Virus record (IMG/VR): IMGVR_UViG_3300024320_000014
Span: 1-42,487 of that record
Source: a virus
Lineage: Duplodnaviria; Caudoviricetes
Strand: one strand, 5' to 3'
Length of the DNA: 42,487 nt
Of this stretch, positions 24,259-34,900 are shown piece after piece. Every line of letters begins with the position of its first letter. Within the stretch, counting starts at the first letter, position 1. Made by a program: the position numbers and the translations under genes. The notes below the pieces were generated by a model. It saw only the letters and a list, made by a program, of their open reading frames with translations, was not told the origin of the DNA and did no database searches.

Positions 24259-27200
24259 ATGGACAATACTATTTCGGCTACGTTAAAAGATGTTGTAGAT
24301 AAGCATGAAGGCTTCTTAGAAAATCCTCTTGATGTCTATGATTCTTACACATACACCCTAGAGTGGTTTGTGTGTGACCGTAAAACAACAAGAGAGTTTC
24401 AAGAACAAGAAGCATTTAATATGGAGACAATCGTCTCCGACGGATGGCCACGTCTAACTGATAATGCTATAACAATAGCAAAAACTGGCGTTACTACCGA
24501 ATTCACAGTGGCAGATTTGACTGTAGAGGCTGTTGGTGTGGGTAATGGAGATTATAGTAAGATTGCTGGAACAGCCGATAAGTTAAGTTTCACTGTTACC
24601 CAAGTTGGCAATACAAGTCTAGCAAACAGTTTACAAACTGTGGTTGCATTGTGTGGATTCAGTTCTATTACTGATGCTGAATATTTTATTAAAATAAATT
24701 TCGTAGGTCACGGCACACATGCGAAAAAAAAGAAACTTTCTCAAACAAAGGTTATACCATTTAAAATCGTAAATTATCAAAACTTAAATACTACAACTGA
24801 TGCAAGAGGAACAACAACGGTCATTAGTGGACAAGTTCCGGCCGATAAAGTTGTAATGGACACTGATGTTGCGAAGACCCAACATGGATTCAGTTACAAA
24901 ATAGCCAATAATTTAGAGGCATCATTGACCAACTTTTTTGCAAAATTAAACAAGTCTATTGAAGATAACGACAAGGCGCTTCTTGAATCTATGAAACACA
25001 CATATGGTTACCAGTTCTCTGACCGAGTTAGAACTTTAGGATGGAACAACAGCGGTATGCCTTCAGAACATTCTCTCAATGTCAACAAAAACATGGTCCC
25101 AGTCGCAGAAGGCAAAAATCAGGCTGAACCTGCAGAGGGAATAGGACCTGGAAATCATATCTATAGTATTGTAGAAGAATTGTGTAGTGTATCTACGTTG
25201 ATTAAAAAAGAAATTGTGTCAGACAATCCAGGATTTACAAAAGTTCTAAAAATAACTCCACATTTGCTGATTAAACCAGATGGATATAATCCTGTCAAAG
25301 GAACAGAAGCATATGATGTTTTATTCTTTATAGACTATGAAGAAAAAGTCGTTGTTCATAATATGCCAGACCAATTAAACAAGATAAGAAATAGTAGAAA
25401 AATGGTTGAAGACATGTTTGCAAACGGACACGTAAACAAGAAATATGAATATCTTTTTACTGGAAGAAATGACCAAATATTAGATTTCAATATTTCATTA
25501 GACGCAGAACTAACAAAAATATTTTCAACACCAGACGATATTTGGGCATATGAGCATTTTAAAAAAGAGGGAAATCAGAGTATAATACTAGACGAACATC
25601 ATCAAGAACTGGTTGACAAAGCGAAAAATAATTTTGAGAAATCAAATAACGAATATTTAAAACATCAAACAAGAGCAGATAGTTTAAAAAAAGAATTAAC
25701 AAATTTAGAAGATGATTATAGAAATAAAATAATAACGGAACTCTCAAACCAGCGAGGTGGTTTATCACCTATGGGAATAGAGCGTGCCTTTGGTGACAAA
25801 TCACTAGAACAATTGATGAATGAATATTCTGTAGTAGATGAGGTACAGGAAACTAAAAAGGGTGGTTTGGTGAATGGGAGCCCTGGCGCTAAGCCTAGAA
25901 CAATCACAACAACAACTACAATGATTGGCGAGTTGAATATTACTCATATGAAATCAAATTTGAGTAAAAAAGAAAAAGCAGTTAACGAAGCACAAGAAAA
26001 AGCGAAGAAATATGAAGGTGTGGCACTTAGAAAAGAAAAATTTGCACAAGATGAATATTCAAACGCTATTGCTTCTAAGTTGAATACGAACAACCTAAAC
26101 TTTCAAGAAGTAGGAAGCAAAGTATTCACTGACATTCGAGATATAAATCCTGACGGCAAAAATCTTATACTTGCTGAAGAACTTGGAGAAGATTTAATAA
26201 ATCGTCTATCCAATTCAGATTATGAAATTATACTTAAAGCACAAGCAAATAATCCAGTCACATTCAGAAGATTAATCCAGGGGATGGAATCAGATTCTAA
26301 ACCAGTCGCTATAAGTCAAGGAGATGAAACAGAGATTGAGTTAGCGAGAGAAAAATATTACGAAGCAAAGGGTGGTAAGTTGAGCATGATATATGCAGAT
26401 ATGACCATCAAGGGCGACCCTTTTTGGTTAGAAGGATATATACCACCAGCAAAAGAAAAAGAAGTTTTTGGCGATAAAGGCAGTGACTTGAAATGGAATA
26501 TACATTCAAAACTTAATGGATTTCCTTATCTAGTATTAAAATCGGGTGTCGCAAAGGGCGTTGACGAAAATGAAAACATTAAGACTAGAACACTTGTCTT
26601 TAGTTTATACGCAGTAAGAAGTATCACAAGTAATTTTACGAATGGCATGTTTACTCAAAACTTAAGCATGGTAAAATGGACTGAAGCAGAACAATTTACA
26701 TCTGAGGCTGCCGAGAAAGTTGGAATGGTTGAAGTTGAAGGGAACACAAATTCGCCAGGACATCCATCTAATCAAGGTGGAGTACCCATCGTTGATACAG
26801 AAGTAAAGTCTAACTATACAGGACCAACATACACTGGTTCAGATGGCGTTGAACGAGACGGCTTTGGACGTGATATAAATGGATATTACTATGTAGAAGG
26901 TCCAGGAAAAATGGAACCGATTGAAGTGACTCAGGAAAGAATGCAAAACGCTATAGCGGCAGAAGGAACTTTACTAGAATGGCTAGATGAACACATCGTA
27001 GTACCATCAAAAGAATATTTAGTAAAGAGAAGTGATGAAGCAGAGGCGAAAGAACTTGACGCTTTAAACAACAAATCAGAGAGTATTAAAAACAATCTCA
27101 ACAAGATTGATACTCCAGTAATTAACTTCGTTAATGATGCACTTATTAGACAAGCAGAAGCGGCACATTATCTTTCGGACTATAAACGTGCGAAAAAAAG

Positions 27201-28902
27201 TTGCAATAGTGGCAACCAATCTTATTGTGACCAAATAAAAAATTCTCAAAATGACATCTTAGCGCCTTTCGGACTAACTACAAACGATGTAGGAAAGTTA
27301 GGAACAGCAACAACAATTAATAATGCGATTAACACATCAATAGCCGGTGGGGCAGTCGTGACTGCACATGAAGTTGCAATGTGGCAACATACTGCTGGAA
27401 TTTCTCTTAACATTACTGGACATGACCCAGCAGATATAGAACGTAAAGTTAGAGAATTAACAAACGAAAGAACACCAACATATCAGTTTAGTTCACTACC
27501 AATGGGAGCAAGCCTAGACAATGCTGTTTTGAATGAAGAAGTGCTACTTAATACTGAAGAAACAGAAGATGTAGTTATTAATGGAACTCCCGACACGTGG
27601 GATGAGAAAAAAGCATATGACGACCAAATAAGATATCCAAATTCAAATAACGATTGGAAAAATACTTTTTGGTTTAAAAAACAAGTTGATGAAATTGTAG
27701 ATGAATCTTGTCCTGAGAAAAAATTTAATCCGAAGACAAGAAGATTAGAGTGTACTGGAATTAAAGAAGGAACACTAATTCCGGATGAAGTAAGTGCAAT
27801 AAATTCTAAAGCAGGCGAACTTAATACCATCTTACAAAACACAGAATTGTCGGCCGAAGATATAGAAAGACAACAAACGTGGACAAGTGATGCATTTGAA
27901 ATGCTTAACACCAAATTAAATAAGAAAGACTTAATTATAGGTAATACAGAAAATAAAGCCATGAAATTTGCTTTAAAAGATACAATTAATTCTTCTGTAG
28001 TGGTAGATTCACTCACTGATGACGAGTATCAAAAAGCCGCTGGTTTAGTTGAAGATATCAATGCTATCAATTCGTCAGCAACAGATGGAAGTCATCGTAG
28101 TGACTTGACCACTGCTGCCTATGTCGGTCAACTTCAACATGAATTAGAGACCTTATCAGCAGACGCAACTACATCCAGTACAAATCTAAATTCATATTAT
28201 TTTGATAATGCATATCGAGATGTAGAAGTTAAAAATCTACAAGAACTTGAATTACAGATGGCAATAAAGGACCTTACTCTTCCAGCAGAAACAATGACTG
28301 GCGTGGCAACTATAGTAAATTCTGGAACTCCAACTTATATTCCAATAAAAAATCCAGTTGACCAAATTGAAGTCGACCAAGCACCAATCTTGGTAAAAAC
28401 AGGCATTAATACTGCGGACATTATATTGCCGGGAAGTTTAAAATCAAGATATTCTAAGAATTATGCTGGTGAAGGTATTGGTTGGGCATATGCAATGCAG
28501 AATCCTGATAAAGTATCTCAATATAATGAGGCTAAAAAAATATACAAAATACTAGTTAGTAGTGATATTGGAGACATGACTACGGTAACTGATGATTTGG
28601 GCAAGGACTTTAAAGTTAAAGACTTTAGTAATATTGCACCAATTACATACACTGATGCAAACGGAGTTTCACAAACAATTAGTAATCCTAGTGCATATTT
28701 TGGTATACACACGACTACATACAATGATATAAATCCATCATATGCAAGTGACTATAATGTTTTAATGGGAAAAGTTGCAGATTTATTTCCAGATATCATA
28801 TCAGGACAAAAGAGCCAACTTATAAATGGCAAACTTCCTAAAGATAATGATGGGTCACTTATGTTAACATTAACAGGCGATAAATTTTATATTGACAAGT
28901 AA
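24259..28902 (+). CDS. Large baseplate hub-like structural protein (1547 aa)
   Basis: NPLDVYDSYTY N-terminus, KKYEYLFTGRNDQILDFNI, MTIKGDPFWL and Y.V.SITSNFTNGMFTQNL (hub-like). Lies between gp53 and gp5. Confidence 0.6.
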   Translation: MDNTISATLKDVVDKHEGFLENPLDVYDSYTYTLEWFVCDRKTTREFQEQEAFNMETIVSDGWPRLTDNAITIAKTGVTTEFTVADLTVEAVGVGNGDYSKIAGTADKLSFTVTQVGNTSLANSLQTVVALCGFSSITDAEYFIKINFVGHGTHAKKKKLSQTKVIPFKIVNYQNLNTTTDARGTTTVISGQVPADKVVMDTDVAKTQHGFSYKIANNLEASLTNFFAKLNKSIEDNDKALLESMKHTYGYQFSDRVRTLGWNNSGMPSEHSLNVNKNMVPVAEGKNQAEPAEGIGPGNHIYSIVEELCSVSTLIKKEIVSDNPGFTKVLKITPHLLIKPDGYNPVKGTEAYDVLFFIDYEEKVVVHNMPDQLNKIRNSRKMVEDMFANGHVNKKYEYLFTGRNDQILDFNISLDAELTKIFSTPDDIWAYEHFKKEGNQSIILDEHHQELVDKAKNNFEKSNNEYLKHQTRADSLKKELTNLEDDYRNKIITELSNQRGGLSPMGIERAFGDKSLEQLMNEYSVVDEVQETKKGGLVNGSPGAKPRTITTTTTMIGELNITHMKSNLSKKEKAVNEAQEKAKKYEGVALRKEKFAQDEYSNAIASKLNTNNLNFQEVGSKVFTDIRDINPDGKNLILAEELGEDLINRLSNSDYEIILKAQANNPVTFRRLIQGMESDSKPVAISQGDETEIELAREKYYEAKGGKLSMIYADMTIKGDPFWLEGYIPPAKEKEVFGDKGSDLKWNIHSKLNGFPYLVLKSGVAKGVDENENIKTRTLVFSLYAVRSITSNFTNGMFTQNLSMVKWTEAEQFTSEAAEKVGMVEVEGNTNSPGHPSNQGGVPIVDTEVKSNYTGPTYTGSDGVERDGFGRDINGYYYVEGPGKMEPIEVTQERMQNAIAAEGTLLEWLDEHIVVPSKEYLVKRSDEAEAKELDALNNKSESIKNNLNKIDTPVINFVNDALIRQAEAAHYLSDYKRAKKSCNSGNQSYCDQIKNSQNDILAPFGLTTNDVGKLGTATTINNAINTSIAGGAVVTAHEVAMWQHTAGISLNITGHDPADIERKVRELTNERTPTYQFSSLPMGASLDNAVLNEEVLLNTEETEDVVINGTPDTWDEKKAYDDQIRYPNSNNDWKNTFWFKKQVDEIVDESCPEKKFNPKTRRLECTGIKEGTLIPDEVSAINSKAGELNTILQNTELSAEDIERQQTWTSDAFEMLNTKLNKKDLIIGNTENKAMKFALKDTINSSVVVDSLTDDEYQKAAGLVEDINAINSSATDGSHRSDLTTAAYVGQLQHELETLSADATTSSTNLNSYYFDNAYRDVEVKNLQELELQMAIKDLTLPAETMTGVATIVNSGTPTYIPIKNPVDQIEVDQAPILVKTGINTADIILPGSLKSRYSKNYAGEGIGWAYAMQNPDKVSQYNEAKKIYKILVSSDIGDMTTVTDDLGKDFKVKDFSNIAPITYTDANGVSQTISNPSAYFGIHTTTYNDINPSYASDYNVLMGKVADLFPDIISGQKSQLINGKLPKDNDGSLMLTLTGDKFYIDK

Positions 28903-28917
28903 TAAAGGAATTTAACT

Positions 28918-30180
28918 ATGGCAAAAGAAGGAAAATTAGTTGGACAGTTTAGGTCTGCCGCGGCAAACGAAGCATCTCCTATTACTAAGAAATTAGGTAA
29001 AGGTATATTTAAAGCCATAACTGTAACAGAAAATTCAAAGGGCGAAAAATTTATTGACCCAACAGGCCAAGGTAGAGTTGCCGCATATATTCCTTCATTA
29101 GGTGAAAATGGAGAAGACCCAAGATTTTTTAGACACGCACAAACTGGTGCATTGTTTAATGTTCCAGACAAAACGGGTATTACACTTCTTGTCTTCTTTG
29201 CTGATAGTGGTAGTTCAACCGAGGGATTTTGGTTTGCAACATCAACTGATGTAGTTGACATAGTTAGTGGTGGTGCTTCTGGAAAAGCAAAACCCGAAGA
29301 AGGTTCTGCAATCGGCACAGGTGTTTTTGCTGATATTCAAACAATGAAAGTTCACAAAACCCAAGATGAGGTAGAACTGGATGATGCAACAATATCAAAC
29401 AGTGCAACAAATAAAACAGTTGCCGACCAAGGAACATATAGTGATTCTCTAAGAGGAACAACAACTACAACTCCTCGTAGAGATGCCGCATATGACAGAA
29501 CACAGCATTCTAAAGTTATGGGAATTAAATCATCAGGTGGGTCTTCTTTCTCTATAGATGATGGAAGTGTCGGTGATGACGGAACAATTCATCCCGAGCA
29601 AATAAGAATAACGACTTCTTCAGGTGCTGGAGTTATATTAGATGGCGGAAACGATTTTATTTACGTTGTTAATAGTTCTGGTTCTGGATGGGTAGAGATT
29701 GGAGCAAGTGGCGAAGTTATGGTATACGCAGAGGGCTCGTTAAATATGAGAACCGAGAAAGACTTCAATGTTAGAGCAGACAAAAATATAAATCTTGAAG
29801 CAAAAGAAAACATTAATATTAAGAGTATTGAAGGCAACACTAAAGTTAATTCAGACAAAGAAATACATCTAAGAAGTAAAGGTAATACAATGTTGCAAAC
29901 TGAAGCAACTCTTAATGTAAATGTTGGAGTTAATGGTTTTGTAACAACTGGTGGTAAATTACACTTGAATGGTCCAACTGCACCAGAGTCAGAACTTATT
30001 TTAGTTACAGAACATCCAGATATGCAAGATTTAGCATGTACAATAGTTAAAGATACTATTGTATCTGAAATGCCAACACACGAACCTTTTGTTAGACCTC
30101 ATTCTAAAAAATTATCAACAAGCCAATTTGCAATAGATTCTGCTAGTAAAGATGGCAAAGATAAAGCGGGAATAAAATAA
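28918..30180 (+). CDS. Baseplate central spike, T4 gp5 / VgrG-like
   Basis: DPTGQGRVAAYIP OB-fold start, beta-helix repeats (LNMRTEKDFNVRADKNINLEA) and HLNGP...PTHEP C-terminus. Confidence 0.8.
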   Translation: MAKEGKLVGQFRSAAANEASPITKKLGKGIFKAITVTENSKGEKFIDPTGQGRVAAYIPSLGENGEDPRFFRHAQTGALFNVPDKTGITLLVFFADSGSSTEGFWFATSTDVVDIVSGGASGKAKPEEGSAIGTGVFADIQTMKVHKTQDEVELDDATISNSATNKTVADQGTYSDSLRGTTTTTPRRDAAYDRTQHSKVMGIKSSGGSSFSIDDGSVGDDGTIHPEQIRITTSSGAGVILDGGNDFIYVVNSSGSGWVEIGASGEVMVYAEGSLNMRTEKDFNVRADKNINLEAKENINIKSIEGNTKVNSDKEIHLRSKGNTMLQTEATLNVNVGVNGFVTTGGKLHLNGPTAPESELILVTEHPDMQDLACTIVKDTIVSEMPTHEPFVRPHSKKLSTSQFAIDSASKDGKDKAGIK

Positions 30181-30812
30181 TGATATACGATAAACGTCCA
30201 GGCTCACTACTAAATTACATTCAGTTACCATTGCATGTTATAACTGAGAATGGAACATTCTTGGGAACAGGCTATGATGAAAATGATAAACCTACATACA
30301 TACTATCACATGTAAAAGTAAATTTAGAAAACGTAAAAGATTTAACATTCTCGACAATGAGCAAAGATGCAATTATATTAGATAATAAACCTACACTCAC
30401 AGTTGAAAATAACGTAGTTGGTTATAATTATAAAATATCTGATACTGAAACAAATTATGGTTATATTACAGTTGCATCTACCCGAATAGATATTACAACT
30501 AATAAAATAACAAAAGGAATGGCAGATTTTATCTTAGAGAAACAATTAAGAAATATTGGTAATGTATTAGAAAAGTTTATTAAAGTTAAAATATCACAAC
30601 CACATTATGATGCACTCTTATATCATTTCTTTAATGAAGGAATTAGTACTATAGAAAATAGTTCGATTGTTGCACTTATAAATGCACAAGACTGGTACTC
30701 AATAACAGACGAAATTCAAAAGAATATAAAAGAGAACGGAAAAGTAAACGAAACACTAGCAAATCAAAAGATAAAAACTGCTAAATTGTTTAGTTTTGTT
30801 CCGGGATTTTAA
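30180..30812 (+). CDS. Degenerate GH24 lysozyme-like protein
   Basis: [19 protein letters not shown] matches the GH24 L.Q.QFDALVSF.FN.G motif; directly follows gp5. Confidence 0.55.
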   Translation: MIYDKRPGSLLNYIQLPLHVITENGTFLGTGYDENDKPTYILSHVKVNLENVKDLTFSTMSKDAIILDNKPTLTVENNVVGYNYKISDTETNYGYITVASTRIDITTNKITKGMADFILEKQLRNIGNVLEKFIKVKISQPHYDALLYHFFNEGISTIENSSIVALINAQDWYSITDEIQKNIKENGKVNETLANQKIKTAKLFSFVPGF

Positions 30813-31399
30813 CGACTTGATATAACTTTATCTGCTAGACCAAATGCTACGGTTTGTTCAGCATCCAAGTAGTTATCACGTTCCATCGCCTCAGTCAATT
30901 CATCAAATGTCTTGCCAACCGTATTGTGAGTTACGTAAATTCCAGTTAATCTTTCTTTCATTTTCATAATCTCATCAACTTGAATCTTCATATCAGTTGC
31001 TTGTCCACCTGCACCACCACTTGGTTGATGTATCATTGTACGACTGTTTGGCAATACGTGTCGTTTTCCTTTAGCACCAGCCTGAGCAAGTAATGAACCC
31101 ATTGAACATGCTTGACCCATCACTGTAGTTGCTACTGGACACTTAATAAACTGCATTGTGTCGTAAATTGCCATACCAGATGTCACTGCCCCACCCGGTG
31201 AATTGATGTAAAAGTGTATATCTTTGTCTTGATTTTCTGCTTCTAAGAATAATAACTGGGCACAAATCAAGTCTGCTTGGTAATCATTCACTTCACTAGT
31301 CAGAAATATGACTCTTTCCTTTAATAGACGAGAGAAAATGTCGTAACTACGTTCTCCATTAGTTGATTGGTCAACGACCATTGGTACTAGATTTGGCAT
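30809..31399 (-). CDS. clpP: ATP-dependent Clp protease proteolytic subunit
   Basis: [19 protein letters not shown] and YINSPGG; triad motifs ACSMG (Ser), MIHQP (His) and ERD (Asp). Confidence 0.97.
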   Translation of the reverse strand: MPNLVPMVVDQSTNGERSYDIFSRLLKERVIFLTSEVNDYQADLICAQLLFLEAENQDKDIHFYINSPGGAVTSGMAIYDTMQFIKCPVATTVMGQACSMGSLLAQAGAKGKRHVLPNSRTMIHQPSGGAGGQATDMKIQVDEIMKMKERLTGIYVTHNTVGKTFDELTEAMERDNYLDAEQTVAFGLADKVISSR

Positions 31400-31442
31400 G
31401 AATTGTTATCCTTTGATATAATTAATAGTATTATTTAGTACT

Positions 31443-31471
31443 ATAATAACAGAATTGCATCCATTTGTCAA
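31443..31471 (-). promoter_or_regulatory. Sigma70-type promoter for clpP
   Basis: TTGACA (31471-31466), 17-nt spacer ending TGt, TATTAT (31448-31443). An additional ACTAAATA lies at 31439-31432. Confidence 0.8.
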
Positions 31472-31475
31472 TCTA

Positions 31476-31504
31476 AAACTACGAATATTAAGTGGAGATA
31501 AATA
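31476..31504 (+). promoter_or_regulatory. Late promoter GATAAATA with upstream AAACTACG element
   Basis: AAACTACG (31476-31483), 13 nt, GATAAATA (31497-31504). Confidence 0.6.
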
Positions 31505-31536
31505 CATGTGTAATAAACTACAGAGAAAACAAAGTT

Positions 31537-31893
31537 ATGCCATTATTTACAGGTTTTAGTACCAAAAATGCAAATGCGATAAATCACGAGTTACAAGATA
31601 AAGACTTGGTGATTGAAGACCTTATGAATCATATCATGACCCGTAGAGGGGAACGTGTGATGTTGCCTACTTATGGGTCAATTATACACGAAATGATATT
31701 TGAGCCACTGACTGAAGAAACAACTGAGTTGATTGAAGAAGATTTAACAGACATTATAAATGATGACCCGAGATGCAGTTTTGTTAGCGTTGACATTACT
31801 GAATCAGACCATACAGTAAATGCTATATTACGACTTGAAATATTGCCATCAGGCGAACCAGTAGAGTTGAGTATAGACTTAGCAAGAGAATAA
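31537..31893 (+). CDS. Baseplate wedge protein, T4 gp25-like (probable start MPLFTGFST at 31537)
   Basis: DLMNHIMTRRGERVMLPTYGSIIHEMIFEP...DPR motif. The 31492 GTG overlaps the promoter. Confidence 0.92.
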   Translation: MPLFTGFSTKNANAINHELQDKDLVIEDLMNHIMTRRGERVMLPTYGSIIHEMIFEPLTEETTELIEEDLTDIINDDPRCSFVSVDITESDHTVNAILRLEILPSGEPVELSIDLARE

Positions 31894-31906
31894 AAGAGAG
31901 AATATT

Positions 31907-34900
31907 ATGAGCCAAGAACGTACAGATAATTTATTCGCAAGTGAGAGTTGGACAACAGTCTACACTGCTTTCACTAACGTTAGTCTTAAGGCATATGACT
32001 TTGACACAATTAGAGCGGCCCTACTAGACTATACAGCCCAGACTTATCCTGAGAAATTTAATGACTTCATAGCAAGTTCAGAATTCATAGCAATTTTAGA
32101 TTTAGTTGCATATCTAGGACACAGTTTAGCATTTAGACTAGACATGAACACTAGAGAAAACTTTATGGATACTGCTGAACGTAGAGCAAGTATTCTTCAG
32201 ATGGCTAAAACTTTAGGATATAATAAGACACGCCCAATTAACGCAAAGGGCTTTATGAAGATTTCAAGTGTCACAACTAACGAAGATGTATTAGACAACG
32301 AGGGTGTCAGTCTTGCTGGAAAAATTATCAATTGGAACGACAGTAATAATATAGACTGGTATGAAAACTTTATTAGTATCTTAAATTCTTCTTTCTCTGG
32401 AACTACCAAAATTCAAAATCCCACATCTAAACTAACAATCGCAGATGTAGAACATTCTTTGTATGAAATTAACGAAGACACAAGTTCAAAGAATATAACC
32501 TACCCATTTTCTTCTAATGTAAGTGGAAAATCTAGACAGTTTGAAGCAGTTCGTGTAAAGATTGATTCTGCAACTTCGAACATCTTTGAAGACGAACCAA
32601 ATTTAAACAATAATTTTACAATTATAAATCGTAATGATAATCTCGGCTCTGCTAGTGATAGAACAGGGTTCTTTGTTTATGCATGTGCTGGACAATTAGG
32701 GTTTCAAGATGAAAACTATACTACGACAATTTCAAACAGAACACAATCGATTACAGATATTAATATATCAAACTCGGATGTATGGGTACAAAAACTAGAT
32801 TCACAAAGAGCATATGTTTCAAGTGTAGTAAAAGCAGACAATGATACACGTGAAACTGCAATTTATAATGCTTTACGAACTGGCTCTGGAGACATTGTAA
32901 GTGTCAACTCAATAGAGAACAACCGAATTGAACTGCATTATCCTGATGGTGTGTTTGGTAATGCCGCAACTGGTGTATACAGAACGTGGTATAGAACAGT
33001 AGACAATGAAAACTTTACCGTAAACGCAGATGATATTACAAACGAAGTAATAACAATTCCATATACATCTAGTGACAACAGAACATATAGAATAACTTTA
33101 ACACTAACAAGTACTAGAGATTTCAGTGAGAACTATTCGGGTGAAACTTATGCAAGTATACGCAGAACTGCTCCAAGAAGTTACTACTCACAAGATAGAA
33201 TGGTCAACGCACAAGATTATAACGTATATCCATTATCTCTTGGAACTAATATTGTTAGAAAAGTCAAAGCAGTAAATACTTCTTTTGCAGGCAATTCTCG
33301 TTTTTACGAGATGGATGATGTTCTCGGACATCACTCAAACTTAAGTGTTACTGGTTCAGACGGCTCATTATTTGTTGAAAATGAAACAATAAAGATTCCA
33401 TTAAGTTACAATAAACTACAAGGTAACAGTGACAACTTTATAAGAAACGAACTTACTAAAGCAATAAAACATCCAAGTTTTTTAAATTCCTTTTTCCACA
33501 AATATAGAGGACTTAGTAGTATTTTAGTTTCTATTGCAAAAAATTACACATATGATTCTAGCAATCATATGAAGATTTCAGCATCAACAGTAACAACAGT
33601 TATAAATGAAGGCGACATCTTTGAATTGTCTTCGTTGTCTGGAACTACATATGCAAAAGTCATTGCAGTCTCAGGAACTACTTATACCTTAGACAAAGCA
33701 ATCAAAGAAAATGGAACCATTGTAAACGTAATAAGAGGACTAAGAACTAAATTTACAGAAGCAGAAGTAACATCAATAAAAACCAAGGTTAATAGTTCAG
33801 TCGAAGAAACATTTACAATAAAATATGCAATAAAAACAGGTGAAACAAATATATGGGAATGGCAATTACATACAGTAGCAGGCACTCCATCAGAATGTCA
33901 CGTAGTGTTCAACTATAGTTCTGGTATTAGAGATAATGAATCAGAATATGTAGCAACATTCACAGGCAAAAAGATAGCATTTGAGAGTAGAGACCAAGTC
34001 AAGTTCTTCTATGGCAACACCACAGACGTAATTGATAATGAAACTAACTTATCAACAAGAGATGCAATATATCTAAACTATTTAACAACTGGTGGCTCTA
34101 CAACTAGTGGATATGGTTCTACTGTGGGCGATGTTGTGACTATTGGACAAGCACCAATATCAAACTCAGCAGTATATAATACAACTGGTGCATCGTTTGA
34201 TGCAATATTCCAATATACAGGAGCAAGAGAATCATACGAGTTTGCTAACAGTAATCCAGCAGTTTCAGGAACAACATACACTCATTCTTTGATATCACCA
34301 AATGGTATTGAATATCCATTAGCACCAAGTAATATAATTGCGCCAACGACAGCATCAGGTAAAATTATTGGTGATGCTACAGATTTAGGAAACGGCATAG
34401 ACAAACTTCAACTAAGAATTGATGACTTATCAGTAATAACAGGATTATCCACAACTGTAGGGTTAGATAGTCCAGTTACAGCATCTTCGGAAACCAATAC
34501 TTCTCTTTCAAATGTTACTATAAACTATGAAGGTGAACCAGGAGATATAAAAACTTTAGCAAACGCAGACAGTTCTTTTACAACCATCAGTACTAGTAAT
34601 CTTAATTCTCTTGGCTTTAAAGGAAAAACATCTTTAAGTTATTTTAATGCGGCTTCAACGAGTAGCAATTTTGTTTTTAGAGACAACTCAGACAGTGCTG
34701 AACAAAATGATATGGTAATAACTTACCATGCGGGATTTGACGAATATACGTTTGTGTTGCCTTGGCAAACATCATTCCAAATCAACACACTTGATTCAGA
34801 TATAGATTTCAAACAATATGCTTACGGAGAATTTTCAATAACAAGTGCAACAGCACTTACAACTAGCAATATACTACTTAGAACTGAAACTGGAGCATTT

